NCBI RefSeq assembly: GCF_000143415.4
Contig: NW_003314268.1
Location: 2,062,494 to 2,126,493 of the forward strand
Length of the DNA: 64,000 bases
From: Selaginella moellendorffii
Taxonomy: Eukaryota; Plantae; Lycopodiophyta
Direction of reading: 5' to 3'
The translations under genes and the position numbers were made by a program. Positions 35,701 to 47,847 of the stretch are shown one piece after another. Each line of letters begins with the position of its first letter. Position 1 is the first letter of the stretch. The notes under the pieces are model-generated. The model saw only the letters and a program-made list of their open reading frames with translations, did not search any database and was not told where the DNA came from.

Positions 35701-38700
35701 CCCACTTGATTCTCCACTCCCAACTGGCATAACCAACCTTGGTTATGCCCTTTGATTCCTATGGTTCGGTTCTATCCCCTTACTTCTTGCTTTTTGGCTT
35801 CGCACCTTTCCTTTGGTCATTCTCCTCCAGACCAGGAGGATAGCTTTGCACTTTCTATCACGCTTTAGCAAGTATTCTTGGGGATGAACCTACCCAATAG
35901 CCTAGGGAGTGGTTCCTCAATCCGGGTATGCTCACCTTATAATCCCACACATTGGGATTACATTGTTGCTTATGGGCCTTTACATGCCCATCACTAGCCT
36001 TGCCAAAATTCCATTTTTGGCTTTGTCCAACTCGGGTAGACACCTCTCCTGTCTCCACAACCTTGGACATTTGGATAGCACCTTCTATCCATCATTCGCT
36101 AGGGACTTAGTCCCTTGGGCTTTATCCATTGCCCTCGCGACATCAACCACCACCTTCTTGTGTTCTAGAGTGTCCGGGTGTCCCAATGATGGCTTTCTTG
36201 ACAATGAGTATTTCCTTTTATGACATTGACTTATTATATCGCAACACAAGCAACTTATCCCCCGTAAGGGTATATCCAACTTCCTTATGCTATGAAGAAA
36301 TCTTGGGTAGCTACCTTCTACCCGTTTAACCAGTTATTTTGCACCTCTTGCTTAGTTGCCTCATAGTTGTCAAGTCCTACAACTCATTGCTTGGTGCTTT
36401 CACACCTCCATCATTATCTGGGTCACCACACTCCAACTGCATGCTCTGCAGCTTAGGCTATGCCATTCCCATTTCCATTGGGATTCCTTTGGCAAGGGGT
36501 TCTCATGAACCCACCAACATAGCCTCAAGGTATCACACCTTGGCACATTTGGTGTCTCCACACCATCGGCTCCACGAGCCTACCTCTATGACATTTCCCT
36601 TTCGTGTCTAAGTCTTTGCCAAGACCAACACCGCTCTTTCTCATGCCAACCATCCGTTAGCACTGCCCCATAGAGGTCACACACAACTTTATGTCAAAGT
36701 TGTTTTCTTCTGGGAACACTTTTCCCATAACTTTAGCATGGCATATTTTGCCATCGATGAGATACCCTCTGTTCTCATCCTTGGATCCTATGATCCCCCC
36801 CCCCCCATCCTTTGTGGGGTACAACACACCTTAGTCCAAATGCTTTCATCAGTCCTTTTAGGACCATCCCTTGACTCTACTTGAGTCATCCAGCAGTTTT
36901 GGACTTGGTTAATCCACAGACCCGTAAGGTCCTACTTGTGAGGCATTAGCTCACTGGAATACACTTCTTGCATTCCTGTCCTACTCAAAAGGACTATTTT
37001 CACAAGTGTTACTCCGACACTTGATTTTGTTCTCTGGGGGCAACTTTTGCCCCTTAGGACTACTTGTCCATGTGATGAGAATACCACTCATCTTTAAGTA
37101 CACCCCCCAACCCTTTGGGTTGTTCCAGCATTTATTAAAGGTAGCCCCGGCTACCATTTCAAAGACTTGAGTCCTCTTCCGTATTTGACCTTCCACGGTC
37201 ATTACCTTTGGTCTCACATTCATGAGCACCAACCTCAACTATATGAGGATAATTTTGTGACTCCTTTATTGCATTGGAGTCTTTATCTTTCCCGTGATCC
37301 CAACTGTAGTTGTTTACCACAACTACATTAGCCAGTTTGCTAAGTCAAACGCTCATCTGGATCACATCCTCAACTCAATGAGGGAAACCTTGCACTGTTC
37401 CCAAGATCCCAAAGTCGTTCCATTATTGGCCCTTTTCTATCCACCACCTCGTCTACAAGTTCACACATGAACTGTAATGGAGAGCCATGTCTTCCCGACT
37501 TTCTACTCCTCGAGGATAGGCCCACTCCTCGGGCCTTCCGATGCCAACACTAGTGGTGATATACTTGAGCACCAATAAAAGTCAGACTAAGGAACGGCTC
37601 CGATACCAAATTGTAAGAGACTAATTTTTCCATTCTACTTTAGTCACTTAACCACACCTCCGACCACTTGGAGGAGTCTCATTCACAACCTCCATCAGTC
37701 CAATTCAGGACTTGGGACTTGCTAGCCCCAAGAATGGCATCCATGCCACTCACCACTTGCATCTGGTCCAAGTGCTCCTCGTGTCCGGTCCCAAGACCGA
37801 CACCCAAAGGTACCACTGACATCTTGGCCCGTTACGCTAAGGCCATGCCCATTCACCTTTGCTGCACTAGTGGTCCAATACTACTTGCATCACAATCCCG
37901 TCTCTCCAAGACTGGGCCATCTGTCCACGAGTGGTCATCCTAGATCCACTCCTTAGCATCCTTAGGATGCCAACAGACCTGGGGAATTGCCTTCCCCAAA
38001 GTCCCTTTGTCAGTTCCTACCAAGTCCCTTTCTGCCCCTGGCCGTGTTTGCCAACACTGCCACTGGATCGAGGCCCACAGGCCCGACCCCTAAATCCCAT
38101 GGTCCTCTGGGACTTCCTCACCACATGACTGTGTCCTTGGTCACTACCCCAGAGGACTGCTCCTCTTCCTTTCCACAGTCTAGGCCTTTGGGACAACATT
38201 TCGGAACACCGTGGCCTTACGCGAGCCACCTGGGTACTCTCCCCGCCTTTCGCCTTTAGGTGCTCTAGCCATGGGCTTAGAGCGAGGTTCCATTGAGCCA
38301 CGCCTGGTATCCAAGTAGGTAGTGCCACCCACACTTGGACTGGGAGCATCGGCCAGTCGATCTCCCGGGGGAACTAGAGCCGGCTCTTGAACACTTCACC
38401 AAGCTACCCCGCTTGTCGGTCCATGTTCACTCTAGTCTTGGACTTCCCAGTGGTCAGCTCAACACCCAACACTGGGTCCGGCCTTCTTGGGCCAAACTGG
38501 CCTTTCCTGGCCAAACTGGCTCCACAGCAGTCCTCCCCCTACTATACTTTTGGAGCTCACCAAACCCCCCAGGGTCTGGGAGACGAACGCTTTGGGCTTT
38601 CACCCTCTCAAACTCGAACTCGGACTCGGACTCGGACTCAGACTCGGACTCGGACTCGGACTCAGACTCGGGCTCGGGCTCGGTCTCGGCCTCGGCCTCG

Positions 38701-39274
38701 GTCTCGTTCTCGGTCCCGATCTCGGTCTCGGTCTCGGTCTCGGTCTCAGTCCCGGTCTCGGTCTCGACTTCGGACTCCATCTCGGACTCCATCTCGGACT
38801 CCATCTCGGACTCCATCTCGGGTCCATCTTGGGTCCATCTCGGACTCCATTTCGGGTCCATCTCGGACTCCATCTTGGACTCCATTTCGGGTCCATCTCG
38901 GGTCCACCTCGGACTCTATCTCGGACTCCATTTCGGGTCCATCTCGGGTCCACCTCGGACTCCATCTCAGGTCCATCTCGGACTCCACTTCGGACTCCAA
39001 CTCGGGTCTATCTCGGACTCCACTTCGGACTCCATCTCGGACTCCTCCACATGTCATGTGTTGGTCCTTTTGGGTCCCTTTTTGGAGCCTCGCTTTTTGC
39101 TCGCTTCGTGCTCGTTCCTCGAGCACTTCTTTGGGAGTTCCACTCCCGCTCTTGACTTTTCAAGTCGGAGCTTTTGGTCTAAACGTGTTACACTCGTTTG
39201 GCTCTCGCTTCAGCCACTACCACGTGGCACCCTTTCCGGCTCCACTTTGGGGCCTAGGGATTTTGTGTCTCATA
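32784..39274 (-). mobile_element. LTR retrotransposon family A, nested, with no intact ORF
   Basis: 5' LTR 39274-37612; 3' LTR 33500-32784 with ~946-bp internal deletion; PBS TGGTATCGGAGCC (tRNAiMet) at 37608-37596; PPT GGGTGGTGGAG; TSD GTTCT. Removing the element restores host pol KEYVDEN|LASG. Confidence 0.92.
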
Positions 39275-39279
39275 GTTCT

Positions 39280-40183
39280 CATCCACGTACTCTTTGAGGG
39301 CCTTAAGCTCGGACGGGGATAACCCGTAGATAGGCCCCCACGGAGGTGACGCTCCTTCCTGTAAATCAATGGGACAATCATAAGGCTGATGAACAGGCAG
39401 TACACTAGCTTTTTTCTTGTCAAACACATCCCCAAAATCATGATACTTCTCAAGAAGACTGACAGGAAAAACATGCAAAGCAAAAAGAAAAAGAGGTTCT
39501 TCATGAAGGAGTTCTTTCATAGTGATTGTGGAGATAGGAGGAGGCGTACGACTAAATGGAATGATGAGACGAGGATACGGTCCAGTGTAAGATGGAAGAG
39601 AGGAAAAAGAAGAGGGTGAAAACTTTATAGAGTCAGGAACAGAACCCCGATTTGAGTTTAGGGAACTTTTCCTGATTCGGACTCGATGAACAGTAGGGGA
39701 AGCCGTGGGAGAGATGAGCTGTAATTCCTTCCAACAGATTTGAGGCTGATGTAGTTGGAACCAAGGAAGACCGAGCACCACAGAGGAGGACTTGCTGTTG
39801 ATGATGTTGAAGGCGATATCAGTGACGGTGGACCCGATGTGTACTCGAACGGGCAACGTTTCCCTAAGTCCAGAAGATGGAGACACAAAATGCCCGCCGA
39901 TGCCTTCAACCCTCAAATCCCATATGGTAGGAGAAAGAGGAACGTGATGTCGGGCAACAAAGTCCGTGTCCATGAAGCAGGAAGTTGCACCTGAGTCCAG
40001 TAATGCCAGAGCCTTGAGTCCTAATTGTCCGGTGAAAGAAAGGAGATATGGGACGCGGAAGTTGCGGGAATTGGTGGTGGCTTTGATGAAAGGTGGTGAG
40101 GAGCTTGATAAAGAAGAAAAGTGATTTTTATTCGGGGAGTCCAAACAGACAGCTCCTACTCTGTTTGGACAGGGTCGTTTCCC
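39280..40183 (-). pseudogene. pol: pol of element B, 5' part (aspartic protease and start of RT)
   Basis: ALLDSGATSCF, VVLGLPWFQLHQPQICW, YDCPIDL, PIYGLSPSELKALKEYV; cut by the element A insertion. Confidence 0.9.
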
Positions 40184-41127
40184 GACTGCAATAGAGGTGG
40201 ACTTTGAGGCTGAGTGAACTCGAGCAGTCGAGGAGGCTTCTTGGGACATACAGCTGCTTTGTGATTAGGATCAGCACAATAGAGGCAAAGATTATGAGAT
40301 ATTCGACGTTGCTTCTCAGCAGGACTCAACTTCCCTCTAATGAGTCGGGGAGTACCAGAAATATCCATCAGAACCGGAGCAGTAGGTTTAGGAGTATGCC
40401 CCGAAGACTCAAGCTGGGATTCCTGAGTCTGGGACGGAAAAATAGCGGCGCGGCGACTTTCCTGACGACGTTCGAAGAGACGATTGTCACATCGAACAGC
40501 TTTGTTGATGGCATCCGACAGGTCCTTGGGATCCTCCATGGTGAGCAACAAATCCTTGACACCGTTGTTGAGGCCGAAACGAAATTGGTCAATTAGGGCC
40601 CGCTCATCCCACTGAGTGTCCAAAGCAAGGAGTTGGAACTCTGCAGCGTAGATCGAGGCAGGACGAGAACCCTGAGAGAGACGTCTCATCTTTGTGGTAG
40701 CAGCCCGAACCCGATCCATCTCGCCAATACATGCTTCGAGCTTCTCTTTGAACAATTGAAGATCCATCAGTTCTGGAACCACGACCCCTTTCATGCTCTT
40801 CTCCAAAAGAGGAGAAAACCATGACAAAGCTGCACCTTCGAGCAATGTCCCAATCACACCGATTTGAGACTCGGGAGTAGGGTACCGTCGATGTTGAAGT
40901 GCGAAGATCAACTCCATCTGGTTCAGGAATCCGCGAAGCTCCAAACGCTTGCTTGAAAATTTCGCCGGGAAGCTCACCTTCGGTTCAGGAACTTTGCTGG
41001 ATCCTTGAGCAGAAAGTGAAGCAAGCTCCTGCTGCATGCGAAGAAGGGTCGCCTTCAGCTCGGTATTCTCAGACTGGATTTTTGCAAGGACTTCAGCAAA
41101 GAAATCAGGATGGCTTGGAGACTCCAT
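40156..41127 (-). CDS. gag: gag of element B (intact ORF)
   Basis: PEPKVSFPAKF..LRGFLNQ, YAAEF..LA..WDERALIDQFRFGL, CCHC knuckle CLYCADPNHKAAVC. Confidence 0.9.
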   Translation of the reverse strand: MESPSHPDFFAEVLAKIQSENTELKATLLRMQQELASLSAQGSSKVPEPKVSFPAKFSSKRLELRGFLNQMELIFALQHRRYPTPESQIGVIGTLLEGAALSWFSPLLEKSMKGVVVPELMDLQLFKEKLEACIGEMDRVRAATTKMRRLSQGSRPASIYAAEFQLLALDTQWDERALIDQFRFGLNNGVKDLLLTMEDPKDLSDAINKAVRCDNRLFERRQESRRAAIFPSQTQESQLESSGHTPKPTAPVLMDISGTPRLIRGKLSPAEKQRRISHNLCLYCADPNHKAAVCPKKPPRLLEFTQPQSPPLLQSGNDPVQTE

Positions 41128-41793
41128 TGGCAAGAAGAAAGAAAAAAGGGGGAAAAAAAGGCAAAGGTAATCAAACAATCAAAGCGAGCTAAAAGAAAAG
41201 CAAAAACCACAATCTGAATCAAACTGTCAAGACCCCCAACAAGATCAAGACTGGAAAATGCTAAAGACAAAGAGAAAAAGCTAGTGAAAACAAAGAAGAG
41301 GCCTTAGACTGGTGTTGATTCAGATTGTGGAGAAATGGAACAAGGCTAACCTATATATACTATAGGTTGATGAAGCTCCACCACTCTTGAATCGAGGACG
41401 GCCTAAATATAGCTGAGGTCGAGGAGGTGCCACATCATCATCAGGAATGTGGCTCGAGACTCAGGAATCGGGAAGTGTCTCGAGAGTCAGGAATAGGGAA
41501 GTGTCTCGAGAGTCAGGAATGTGGTTTGCAGGTCAGGAATCTGGCGAGAGTTAAGAATGTGGCAAGAATTGGGGGATTCCTGACAGGACCAACATGTAAA
41601 ACAAAGCCAAATAGAGTCTATAGCTATTTTAGCATACCAATGGCTTAATGCGAGGATATAGATACTCCTCTAACTAGCATGGTATAGAACTTAAGTTTAG
41701 ATTCAAGCCAAATGCAAAATAAAAACAAACACGCAAGCAAAAACTAGATTATGCCTCAGATTAGTCAATTATGCCTGACTTGCCCAATATCCC

Positions 41794-42697
41794 TACTATA
41801 CATTTGGAACCCCTCACAGCCCCCCTTGTGAGGAACACATGCTTTGGGCTTTCACCCCAAGCCTTCTTTAGTACCAGGAATTAGTTTTTAGGACAAGCTC
41901 AACATTTACTAAATATGGAATGTCTTTAGATTGCGAATTTAGACATTTGTGTTCAAGACAATCTCCACATTCCATAGATATGCCAATGAGTAAATTTAGA
42001 CACTTTCCATAAATAGTATTTAGGACTGGAATGAGACTAATACAAAAGGTATGATAGTGAAAGTGTTTGATAGACACAATAAATTATCATCTAGCAATAT
42101 TGAGGGATTAATCTTAATACATGAGGGTTCTTGTCATTAGCCAGTGCAAGACATAACAAGACAAGAACTCTTTACTGGACTAAGTATACTTAACTAATAG
42201 TATATAGGAATTCTTTCTTTATATTCATCTGATTTAAGTACACTCAAAATGCCCAATTAACTCCACTAGCACAAGAAGGATTGATAAAGGATCCAGCAAT
42301 ACTGACCTCTTGCCGTCATAGCAGTAAAGAAGAGTGTTCGTAAAGATTAGCTGATAGGTAGCTTTTGATATCTGAAGTCACATTCGCAACAATGACCGAA
42401 ATGATAAAGAATTCATTGGATGAGACTAAGTCTAAGATTGAATCCGAGATTAACTCTGAGACTGAGTTTAAGACCAAGTCTAAGACCGAGTTTGAGACTG
42501 AGTCCAAGATCCTAGATCAAGTTTAAGACAGAGACCAAGATCGAATTCGAGACTGAGTTTGAGGTTTGATCCAAGATTGAGTTTGAAACCAAGCCTGAAT
42601 AATAATACAAGTTATGGGGTGAAAGCCCAAAGTGATTGTATCTAGAGGGGGGGGGGGGAGGGGGGGGGGGTTGAAAGGGGTTCCAAAAGTATAGTAC
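41794..42697. mobile_element. Older degenerate LTR-A-related fragments in inverted orientation
   Basis: tactatacatttggaacccct..ctttgggctttcacccca (41794-41859) versus tggggtgaaagcccaaag..aggggttccaaaagtatagta (42615-42697), preceded by a decayed hexamer array at 42420-42590. Confidence 0.6.
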
Positions 42698-43791
42698 AGC
42701 TAGTGAAGTTTAGGAATTAATCTTGAAAGAATTCTTAAATAGTGCTTTTAAATTGACTTGAAGTTGAAATTAAAAGTTAAGGGCTTTGGGTGGGAGTGAG
42801 CATGGACTTAGGTAGTGTTAAAAAGGCCATCCAAAGAAGTGCTTAAAAGTAATTTCCACCCTCAAAAGAGAAACCAATTATAGTGTTCCTGGCTCACATG
42901 GAATAATGTTTTACATGAGTATTATGGTCCTCACCCTTATTAAAGGTTTAAACCTTCCCTTTGGGATAGAAGTGGGGGAGTAAAAGCATTCATACGGGGC
43001 TGTTAGGCCATAATATTTCCCTTTGGAGTCCCGAAGCAAGTGATGCATGATGCATTTAAGACTTGAGATTTAAAGAGTCTTATAATCAAACTTTATTGTA
43101 CTAAAAGAGGTTAGGAACTTAGAGGTTTAGTGTGCATAACTACTTATGCTTGTGGGGAGTGTAATTGAACTTTAAGTTCAATTTAACCTAGGGAGGGGGA
43201 TTACGAAAAAATTTGGGAATTTGTGGATGGATAATTAACACTCTATTGCTCGTGTAGTGAGTAGGTAAAACCAAGACTAAATAAGAGTTAGTACTATAAG
43301 TGAGAACCTTAACAAAGGAACTTAATTAAAGCCAAAGTAGTGGTGGTTGAATAGACAAGGTAAAATCACAAATTGGAAAAGAAAAATTTATAACTTACAA
43401 TTAAATGCATTCATCTGTAACTTCTTTATCCATTATGTTCTTTCATCTAAGATCTATTAGTAATTAAATATTATCCTAAATTGACACAATATTTAGCAAT
43501 ACAAACATCTATGAAGATTGTCTAAGATCCGTCAATAACTAAATATCACCTTTTTTTTGTTTTATAAGTAATATAAGGATCTATGAATTTAATATATTAC
43601 TATTAATCATAATTGTAGACTTCTGAATTTGGAAAGTCACCTTGCCCAAACTCAACACTTACCCCAAAACCTTAACAATAAGGTGATCAAGGATTTTTGA
43701 AAGGTTGGAAAATATAGACAATCCAGCCATCGTTGTGGTCTATCTTACATTGAGGTCTCCACAAGTTTAAGTGTTAAAGGTATGTCTTTGC

Positions 43792-44195
43792 ATGGAGCTC
43801 ATCTCTGAAAAGGTTAATGATCCAGCTTCTATGGGAGAACTCTGCTTGGCCATAGCGAATGTGGATGATGATCTGGTTGTAAGTTTTAGCTATTTCAAAG
43901 AGCCAAGAGATTTGCAAGTTTGCAAGTGATGCTCCGTTAATCTGAAAAATCTATTCCATCTCAAATCTTCCTTCCTTGATCTTGGGAGAATGGAATTGTT
44001 ATGGATGTCTGGAAGTAGAATTCTCAAGAAACGTCCTGCCTCAAGCAGTTTGGAGGTAGTGATTAAATCCCTCGATTAGATATCCATGGAAGGTATTGCT
44101 CTTGCAATTTAACAAGCCATCTCTCCCCATTTAGTGATTGTTGAACATTGAATGTTGCTCGATTTTTGTCCTCTCCTCCAAGCATAGTATCTTCA
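43792..44195 (+). pseudogene. Possible degenerate LRR (F-box/LRR-type) fragment
   Basis: One frame reads GELCLAIANVDDDLV..DLQVCK*CSVNLKNL..LLDFCPLLQ with several stops. Resemblance only. Confidence 0.3.
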
Positions 44196-44735
44196 CATGG
44201 TTTCCATGTTTGATCAAGGAGGGAGGCATCACAAGTAGCCGGTGAAGGGTTAATCCAAGAGATATGAGTCGGACCATTTTGATGAGCTAAGTTTTTTTAG
44301 TGACTTTTAGCTTAGTATAGCAGCTGTATACAACATATTCTGTTCGCTGACGGCATGTGCCGTCATCCCATCGGCCATTAAATTCCACCGCGAGCGTCTT
44401 CCACCGTCAAATTAGAACCTTCAATCTTCGCCGTCTAAAGTGGCTTAAGGCAAAGTCATCAACCAACTATCATTATTGCGGCGCGACTCGAAGAAATCGC
44501 ATAAATGTCGACAGAAGAGAAGTGATCAGGAAAGAAAGAAAGTATTTGCCAAGCGCAGCAGAGGTTTATGCTATCTTTCGGCCACAATGTTTGACCCCGT
44601 TTGAAGAAAAATATATTTCTAGTCGTGGGTCTTGGGACTATATAAGTAAATTCCAACACTCTGTTGTTGTGTATCACAGCCCCCACCTAGATCTTTGCTC
44701 CTCTCTCTCCGAGCCAAGCTAGAAGCTAAGATCCC

Positions 44736-45258
44736 ATGGCGCGATTCCTCGTCTCTGGCTTCGCGATCGCCTTGCTCCTGGCCGCAGTGGCCAATGTGTG
44801 TAGCGCCAAATCGGTGATGGTGGGAGGACGCAACCAGTGGTCATTGGGGACCAACTATGCCTCTTGGGCTGCCGGCGCTGGGCCATTCCGTATTGGCGAC
44901 ACACTGGGTGAGTACTTCTCGCTAGATCCCGTTGAGATCTGGATCAAGTTCTTTATAAGCTCTCCCGAAGCTCTTCTCTGACACGATCATTCAATCGTTG
45001 TACAACTTGTCAGTTTTCTCCTACGGCGGTGGAAGGGCCGGCAAGGCCGCGGCGCCCCACAACGTGTTTCTCATGAAGGATCAAGCCCACTACCGGAACT
45101 GCGACTTCAGCGGCGCTGTTCTCCTGGCGGATCCCAGCAAGGGAACGCCGGGTTACAAGTTCACGTTGAAGCAGAAGAAGGCTCACTACTTCGCGTGCGG
45201 CGTGGGCAATGGATTCCACTGCCAAAGCGGTATGAAATTCGCCGTGAGCCCGCGCTGA
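44736..45258 (+). CDS. Phytocyanin / basic blue copper protein (2 exons; intron 44908-45013)
   Basis: Signal peptide, VGG..W..GTNYASWA, FRIGDTLVF. Cu ligands His (PHNV) and Cys/His/Met (ACGVGNGFHCQSGMKF) are intact. Confidence 0.93.
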
Positions 45259-45805
45259 AAGGATCTGTGTTTGATCCAGCGAGGGAAGATGCAATGCCAT
45301 CTCTAACAATCTCACCCAAATATCAATACAAGTTGTAGAAGCTCTTTCATCCCTTTTCATAGCTTTGTTTTTTGCTTCCAGTAGTGTGTCGGTAATATAG
45401 CTCGTAGGCATGTGCTTGGCGGAGCATCTTTCAGAGAATATCCTGCCATGTTATAAACGAAAAAGCGTTTTGCCCTAGAAACGATTTTTACCGTTGGGAT
45501 GTGCCAGCAAAGAATACAACGTTACGAAATTCGCTGATGTGGATGTGCCACGTCAAACATTCCCGCCACGCTGGCGTTGCTACCCCTGGAATTAGGGGAG
45601 CAATGCTGCAAAGGCTGGAGAGGAGACCGCGCGAGGGCGCCAGGGGCCTCCCTCTTGTGCCATCGATCGCGTCTCCCATTCACGCCGATCCTTCCTCTAG
45701 GTGATTGATCCTCTCTCCGATGGATGCCAGGCAATAACGGGAGGAAAGAACCATCGTCGCGAGCGTTCCCGGTAGCTATCTAGGGGTTGATTGATTCGCG
45801 CGGCC

Positions 45806-47847
45806 ATGGAGAGCGTCGAGAATGCCGCAGTGCAGCCGGATAGGTCGAGATCGCGAACGAGGCTCAATCTTCCGGCGGGCATGGCCGCGGAGAGGCTGCG
45901 AGTAGAAATTTCCAGGGCGGTCTCGGTGCTTAATCCGGCTGTAGCAGGAGGAGGAGGAGGAGGATCGACGCCCTCGCCGACGCGAATGAGCTATAGTGAC
46001 CGTTTCATTCCAAGCAGGTCCAGCTCTAACCTTGCCGGGTTTGCTCTGTTAGATAATTCGCCATCTCTGGGAAGTGATGCCTCCAAGGAAGAAGGGGTGG
46101 CAGTGTATTCAATGCTCTTGCGCTCTGAGCTTCTAGGAGGCGATGCAGGGCCCCTCTCCCCTGGAACTCCCGACAAGAACAGCTTGGTCAGTGCGGGCGT
46201 GAGGGACTCGACTAAGTCTCCTCTCAGTCCCAGCAGGAACTTGCTGAGATTCAAGAGCGATAGCCGGGCTGCCGGGGCTCCATGCCACAAATCGGAGTCA
46301 CTCTCTCCTGGTGCTCTGGACTTTGGGACGACTGGAGCTTCGTCCAGTCCCGTCAAGCTTCAAAGAAAAGTTTCCAGAGTCCCGTTCAAGGTACCTCTCT
46401 CATGAAGCTTTGCTTCGTTCCAACTCTTTACCATCACTTTGTTGGTGGCAGGTTTTGGATGCGCCAGCCTTGCAAGATGATTTCTACTTGAACCTGGTGG
46501 ATTGGTCCGCACATAACGTTTTGGCTGTGGGACTCGGGAACTGTGTTTATCTGTGGAGTGCTTCGACTAGCAAGGTCGATTAGTGTTACATTTTGTTGTT
46601 TCTTTGCACGATCCAAGTAACCGAAGCTTTCCTGTTCTTGCAGGTCACGAAACTGTGCGACTTGGGACATGATGACGCTGTGTGCTCAGTTGCGTGGACT
46701 CACCGTGGAACTTATCTCGCGGTTGGAAGCAATGCGGGAGAAGTACAGGTAAATGTAATATGATCGCACATTCTTTTATTATCTCCTCTTCCAGATTTGG
46801 GATGCAATACGCTGTAAAAAAGTGCGAACTATGGAGGGACACCGGACACGAGTTGGAACTCTGGCATGGAACTCGGTGACTCTATCTTCCGGAAGCAGGG
46901 ACCGCAACATTCTCAACCATGATGTCAGAGTGCCTGAGGATTATACGAGCAAGCTTTGTGGTCACAAATCTGAGGCAAGCTCTGTGATGTTCTTCTTGTT
47001 GTATTCTGTCTTACGTATCGACTGCAGGTCTGTGGCTTGAAATGGTCCTTCGACGACAGAGAACTAGCTTCCGGTGGCAACGACAATCAGGTATTTTGAG
47101 CTTCATCCGATCTTTAGCTAATGTTTTCTTGGTTTCCATGGTAGCTTTTTGTCTGGAACCAATTGTCAACACAGCCCGTTTGCAAGTTTAGCGAGCACAC
47201 AGCCGCAGTGAAGGCTATCGCGTGGTCACCACATCAACACGGGCTTTTAACCTCTGGTGGTGGAACAGCCGACCGATGCATAAGATTCTGGAACACGTCG
47301 ACGAACTCGCACATCAATTGTGTAGACACGGGTGGACAGGTACAGTTGCTGAAATTCTTGAGCGTCTACTAAGCCGAAGGAAACAAGGTCTGCAATCTCA
47401 TGTGGTCGAAGAACGTGAACGAGCTCGTGAGCACCCATGGCTACTCTCAGAACCAGATTATTGTGTGGAGATATCCGACCATGACAAAAGTAAGTGTCAC
47501 TTGCCTCACACGAAGAGGGATGACATCTGTTCTTGCTCTTTTAGCTGACAACACTCACGGGACACACATACAGAGTTTTATACCTTTCCATGTCTCCTGA
47601 TGGTCAAGTAAGCTCTCTCCCTTGAAGAGTCTTCTTTTTTCTGTCCTGACAATCTGCTTGCTATTCCAGACAATCGTCACAGGTGCCGGAGATGAAACGC
47701 TACGATTTTGGAACGTGTTTCCATCACCAAAATCTCAGGTGTGAAGCTACCAATGGTTATGGTTCTCTCTAATTTTTCCGTTCTTTGTTCTAGAATGCTG
47801 TCCGGGACAGTGGGATGTGGTCGCTTGGTAGAACGCACATAAGATGA
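45806..47847 (+). CDS. CCS52A: APC/C activator CCS52A / FIZZY-RELATED (multi-exon)
   Basis: C-box [43 protein letters not shown]40 repeats, C-terminal IR tail (THIR*). Confidence 0.95.

Larger units (their letters stand above)
29552..41585 (-). mobile_element. Ty3/gypsy chromovirus (Tcn1/Tf1-sushi-like), element B, disrupted by nested element A
   Basis: 361-bp LTRs at 29552-29912 and 41225-41585 (TG..CA), TSD GGACC, PPT GAGGAGGGGG next to the 3' LTR, gene order gag-PR-RT-RH-IN-chromodomain. Confidence 0.96.

Noticed and set aside
33501-37595. Short ORFs inside element A
   Set aside because: All are about 100 aa or less with no RT, integrase or gag motif I can verify; treated as degenerate or non-coding internal sequence.
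41435-41450. CTGATGA on the minus strand of LTR B as a hammerhead ribozyme core
   Set aside because: No stem II followed by GAAA and no cleavage-site helix are present.
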